A DNA stretch of 63,314 nt, the filler included. It is 4 parts of 4 records of this genome, joined end to end, with 100 filler letters (N's around TTAATTAATTAA, not from the genome) between each part and the next. Parts side by side here need not be neighbours in the genome. Positions count along the whole stretch, not along the records: positions 57,342 to 63,314 come from SRR33789315_73; 3 more parts are not named here. One strand, given 5' to 3'. A model generated the notes under the pieces. The model did no database searches. It was not told the DNA's origin and saw only the letters and a list, made by a program, of their open reading frames with translations. A program made the translations under genes and the position numbers. Shown here piece by piece: positions 59,498 through 63,314 of this stretch (position 1 is its first letter; every line of letters starts with the position of its first letter).

Positions 59498-60701
59498 GCA
59501 ACAAAATCAATGGCGCCAAACGTGGTTAGTGACATCTTGGGAGTTCATGCATTTTTTTAAATGGAAACAAGAACTCGTATCAAAACTGATTATGCTGGGT
59601 ATCGCCTCGGTAGTGTTTGTATGGCAACAAGTCAAAGACGAACAACAAGATGTTTACCGCATCGCAGTGCCTGCCAGTATTAACCAGCCAACAAGTAGCA
59701 ACACCTATCAATTTATTCAAACCAGCAAAACACTTGAAACGCTGCAAACTGAATTAAGTGAACAACAAAAATGGGATGCGATTTTAGTTGAAAAAAACAA
59801 CCCCGATGGTAGCAAACAAGTCAGTATTTATAGCCAAGATCAGCAAACTTGGTTAGCCCAGCTACAACAAAATTTATTGAATTTCTACACATTGAGTTAT
59901 GCCACCCACCTCGGTTTAGCACAACAGCAGTTGGCAGTGCTAAATGCACCGGCCAGAATTGAATTTCATTATTTAGATCAACGTATTAAAAATGATAGTG
60001 ATGCCAGCAAAGCCACTGCTATTGGTATTCTCGTGCTGCTATTGGCAGGTATGTTTACCTCATTTGGTCAACTATTTGCCAGTGTCACCGGTGAAAAACA
60101 ACAACGGGTTACCGAACAACTTTACTCATGCATTAGCCCGCAAACTTGGATTGATGGAAAAATTCTGGGACAAATGTTCCATGCTATTAAAGTGATGTTT
60201 AGCACTCTAATCACCGGACTACTGGGTTATGCATTTATGGAGATCATCATAAATGGTGAGTCGGTTGATTTAAGTATTATAGAATGGCGCATGCTGCCGT
60301 GGTTTGGACTATTTGCTATCAGTGGAGTGTATCTATGCACCGCTTTTATGGCAGCAATAGCCGCCGCAATCGACGACCCCAATCACAGTGCAAAAACCAG
60401 CTTAATGCTGCTACCACTGGTACCGATCATTCTGACATTTTTGGTGATGGACACTCCCGCTGGTTGGGCTTTAAATTTTCTGAGCTTTTTTCCGCTCACC
60501 TCATTTGCAGCCATGCCGGTCAAAATGTCGATGATTGATATTCCCTTATGGCAACCTTTGTTGTCTCTTGCTTTGCTACTTGGATTAAGCTTTTGGATAA
60601 GAGGCGCGGCTGGCAGACTATTTAAAATGGGCATGAGCATGTACGGCAAAGAGCCTTCAGTTAAAATGATGTTTCGCTGGATGCTAAAGGCCAAGACATA
60701 A
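59490..60701 (+). CDS. ABC-2 type permease (NatB-like)
   Basis: EKQQRVTEQL, GKILG and multiple TM segments. Confidence 0.88.
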   Translation: MNKQQNQWRQTWLVTSWEFMHFFKWKQELVSKLIMLGIASVVFVWQQVKDEQQDVYRIAVPASINQPTSSNTYQFIQTSKTLETLQTELSEQQKWDAILVEKNNPDGSKQVSIYSQDQQTWLAQLQQNLLNFYTLSYATHLGLAQQQLAVLNAPARIEFHYLDQRIKNDSDASKATAIGILVLLLAGMFTSFGQLFASVTGEKQQRVTEQLYSCISPQTWIDGKILGQMFHAIKVMFSTLITGLLGYAFMEIIINGESVDLSIIEWRMLPWFGLFAISGVYLCTAFMAAIAAAIDDPNHSAKTSLMLLPLVPIILTFLVMDTPAGWALNFLSFFPLTSFAAMPVKMSMIDIPLWQPLLSLALLLGLSFWIRGAAGRLFKMGMSMYGKEPSVKMMFRWMLKAKT

Positions 60702-60767
60702 ATTCGCAATTTGCCAAGGATTGGCTAGCCTTAAACAAGCACATGTTCCTGCAAATGGAGTTGCCTG

Positions 60768-62282
60768 ATGTCCTTAGCCCTTGTTTATTCTCGCGCCAGT
60801 GTGGGCATAGACGCCCCGCTGATAAATGTAGAAGTACATTTAGCTAACGGCCTACCTTGTTTTAATTTAGTGGGTTTGCCAGAAGCCTCGGTGCGTGAGG
60901 CTAAAGACAGAGTGCGTAGCGCCTTAATCAATTCTGGTTTCGAATTCCCTGCAAAACGTATAACGGTAAATTTAGCACCCGCAGATTTACCCAAAGACGG
61001 CGGGCGTTTTGATCTCGCCATTGCCATTGGTATTATTGCCGCTAGTTATGAACTCCCTGCTGCACAGTTGCAGCAACTCGAATTGGTAGGGGAGCTAGCT
61101 CTATCGGGTGAAATAAGACCCATTAGCGGAGCCCTGCCTTTTGCTTACGCCTGCTCACAGGCTAAACGTCATGCCATACTGCCTGCAGATAACGCTGCTG
61201 AAGCCTCATTGATATCCGATGCAAAAAACATTGGCGCTCACCAACTGCTTGATGTATTTCACCATATCATGGGGCAAAAGCCCCTGAGCTATTACCAAAG
61301 CCAAACCACTCCTCAAGAGGCTAGCTACGACAATGATTTACAAGATGTCGTTGGTCAAGGCGCAGCTAAGCGTGCCTTAGAAATCGCAGCAGCAGGCAGT
61401 CATAATTTATTGTTTACTGGTCCGCCAGGAACCGGTAAAACCATGTTAGCCAGTCGCCTAATCACCATATTACCTCCCATGAACGATGAAGAAGCACTTG
61501 CCAGTGCGGCCATTCATTCGATTGTAGGCAAACCCGTTGATCCAGCCACATGGAAACAACGGCCGTTTCGCCACCCCCATCACACCAGCTCAGCAGTCGC
61601 CCTAGTTGGCGGAGGCAGTATCCCGCGCCCCGGCGAAATTTCACTAGCCCATCATGGGGTATTATTTTTAGATGAACTTCCTGAATTTGACCGAAAAGTC
61701 CTCGATGTATTACGAGAGCCATTAGAGTCTGGTACCGTATCGATATCCCGGGCCGCAAGACAAGCGCAATTTCCCGCCCAGTTCCAACTTGTTGCTGCCA
61801 TGAATCCCAGCCCAACGGGCAGTCTTAATGATGGTCGCTCTACCTCTGACCAAGTTTTACGTTACCTCAATCGAATATCCGGCCCTTTTTTAGACCGTAT
61901 CGATCTGCAGGTAGATGTACCTAAATTACCCGCTGATGACTTTTCAAAACAAGTCAAAGAGCGCGGGGAAAGCAGTGCTGCAGTTCGCATCAGAGTATTA
62001 GCCGCAAGACAATTACAATTAAGCCGTCAAGGCAAAACCAATGCCCAATTAGGCAGCAAAGAAGTCGCTCAACACTGCAAGCTAAGGGAAGAAGACCAGC
62101 TGTTCTTACAACGTGCAGTCGAAAAACTCGGCTTATCACTGCGTACATATCACCGCGTACTCAAGGTCGCCCGCAGCATTGCCGATCTTAACGGCATTGT
62201 ACAAATAGAGCGCCAACACTTAGCCGAAGCGCTGCATTATCGGGCGTTTGATCGGATGTTAGCGCAATTGGCGAATAATTGA
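60768..62282 (+). CDS. comM: YifB/ComM Mg-chelatase-like AAA ATPase (intact)
   Basis: NLAPADLPK, GPPGTGKT, PGEISLAHHGVLFLDELPEF and SGPFLDRID. Confidence 0.95.
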   Translation: MSLALVYSRASVGIDAPLINVEVHLANGLPCFNLVGLPEASVREAKDRVRSALINSGFEFPAKRITVNLAPADLPKDGGRFDLAIAIGIIAASYELPAAQLQQLELVGELALSGEIRPISGALPFAYACSQAKRHAILPADNAAEASLISDAKNIGAHQLLDVFHHIMGQKPLSYYQSQTTPQEASYDNDLQDVVGQGAAKRALEIAAAGSHNLLFTGPPGTGKTMLASRLITILPPMNDEEALASAAIHSIVGKPVDPATWKQRPFRHPHHTSSAVALVGGGSIPRPGEISLAHHGVLFLDELPEFDRKVLDVLREPLESGTVSISRAARQAQFPAQFQLVAAMNPSPTGSLNDGRSTSDQVLRYLNRISGPFLDRIDLQVDVPKLPADDFSKQVKERGESSAAVRIRVLAARQLQLSRQGKTNAQLGSKEVAQHCKLREEDQLFLQRAVEKLGLSLRTYHRVLKVARSIADLNGIVQIERQHLAEALHYRAFDRMLAQLANN

Positions 62283-62301
62283 TTTTGTTTAAAAGCGTTT
62301 A

Positions 62302-62396
62302 AAGCACGCGCTGTGCTTAGTGGCCGAAGGCCATGCAATGTGCACGAAGTGCATGCTGTGTTATCGAAGCGCTAAGTGCGCGCAGCGCATATGCTT
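62302..62396. repeat. REP-like palindrome cluster between convergent comM and ilvY
   Basis: TGGCCGAAGGCCA, TGCACGAAGTGCA and TGCGCGCAGCGCA hairpins; similar to the 14215-14360 units. Confidence 0.6.
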
Positions 62397-63251
62397 TTAA
62401 CAACTAAACAACGCCTGTATGGCAGGCTCATTCGCCCGTTTGTGCAGGCAACACAAACCCAGTTTGTAAGGCTCTATATCATTCAAAACAATGCGATTAA
62501 CCTTGTTTGCCACTATCGAATTATCCAATACCACTTGCGGCACTATGCCCAAACCACAACCTAAGGCCACCATACTCACGATAGCTTCGTTACCCCCCAC
62601 CGTGGCGTAAACTCTAGGGCGTATGCCTTTTTCAGCAAACCAGTGATGCACAATCCGTTTAGTGGGCCCAGATTCCGGTAATATCATTGAGTGTTGTCGC
62701 CAATCAACTTGGCTTAGTTGCTGCAGCAGGCTGTCTTTAGGCGCAATCAGTACTAAGGGCACATCCTCTAGTGGCATAAACAATAACTCTGCCGGAAAAT
62801 CAGGGGTATGAATGGCGATGGCAGCATCGGTTTCTTGTTGCATCACTTTACTCACTGACAGCGCCGGATCACCTGTAGACAGGTGAATTTCAACCCGCGG
62901 ATATTTGTGCCTGAAGTTATTCACCAACTTAGGTAGGTGACTATAACTGGCGGTGACCGAACAGAACAAACTGAGGTCACCTTGTAATACCTGATGGTCC
63001 TGCTGCAACTCCCATTTGACCTTTTTCCATTCAGCCAGAGTGTGCTGACTAAAGTTAAGTAACTTAAGGCCAGCAGCCGTAATTTTAACGCTACGATTAT
63101 CTCGCACAAATAATGCGGTGCCGCATTCTTCCTCTAAGCGCTGGATGGCTCGACTAAGAGTAGAAGGACTCACAAACAAGGCATCAGAGGTCTTAGCAAA
63201 ATGTAAGCTGGTGGCGAGATGTTGAAATAGCTCTAAGCTGCGTATGTCCAT
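62397..63251 (-). CDS. ilvY: LysR-family activator IlvY
   Basis: LHFAKTS...VSPSTLSR.IQRLEEE, LFCSVTASYSHLP and GGNEAIVSMVALGCG. Confidence 0.92.
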   Translation of the reverse strand: MDIRSLELFQHLATSLHFAKTSDALFVSPSTLSRAIQRLEEECGTALFVRDNRSVKITAAGLKLLNFSQHTLAEWKKVKWELQQDHQVLQGDLSLFCSVTASYSHLPKLVNNFRHKYPRVEIHLSTGDPALSVSKVMQQETDAAIAIHTPDFPAELLFMPLEDVPLVLIAPKDSLLQQLSQVDWRQHSMILPESGPTKRIVHHWFAEKGIRPRVYATVGGNEAIVSMVALGCGLGIVPQVVLDNSIVANKVNRIVLNDIEPYKLGLCCLHKRANEPAIQALFSC

Positions 63252-63266
63252 AAAAAAACCTTAATA

Positions 63267-63303
63267 TTGCAGAATATGCAACGTCACATTGCAAATATAT
63301 CAT
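63267..63303. promoter_or_regulatory. IlvY operators O1/O2 in the ilvY-ilvC divergent promoter
   Basis: TTGCAGAATATGCAA (63267-63281) and ATTGCAAATATATCAT (63288-63303). Confidence 0.65.
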
Positions 63304-63314
63304 TTTAAACAATA

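Noticed and set aside
60768-62282. comM as the attachment site of the Tn7-like element
   Set aside because: comM is intact, on another contig, and has no transposon-end repeats nearby.

Overview
This is a draft-genome window from a marine gammaproteobacterium. Gene content and order look Alteromonadaceae-like (Paraglaciecola/Glaciecola), which is an inference. It consists of four contigs joined by artificial 100-nt N-TTAATTAATTAA-N linkers (14381-14480, 36849-36948, 57242-57341), so adjacency across the linkers is not evidence of synteny. Contig 1 (1-14380) is the accessory part: one arm of a Tn7-like transposon with tnsA-tnsB-tnsC and a short (~324 aa) tniQ, and no cas, tnsE or long tnsD gene visible. 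Its cargo is an orphan HipA-type kinase, several unknown ORFs, a structured non-coding element, an integron-like cassette whose attC is interrupted by the 3' end of a group IIC intron, and a low-GC PD-(D/E)XK-type nuclease. The element ends at ~14026 with three spaced TnsB-type repeats, flush against an ERIC-like palindrome. Contig 2 holds a decaying sucrose locus (amylosucrase pseudogene; LacI gene with no canonical start codon before its HTH), a MITE, stress genes with sigma54-type promoters, a LigE-type ligase and an ECF sigma/anti-sigma/PDZ-Sel1 operon. Contigs 3 and 4 are mostly housekeeping: sspAB, dolP-diaA/gmhA-yraN-lpoA-rsmI, rpiA, ygfA, part of 6S RNA, the ilvD attenuator, an ABC transporter, intact comM and ilvY. 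No CRISPR array, tRNA or rRNA was seen.
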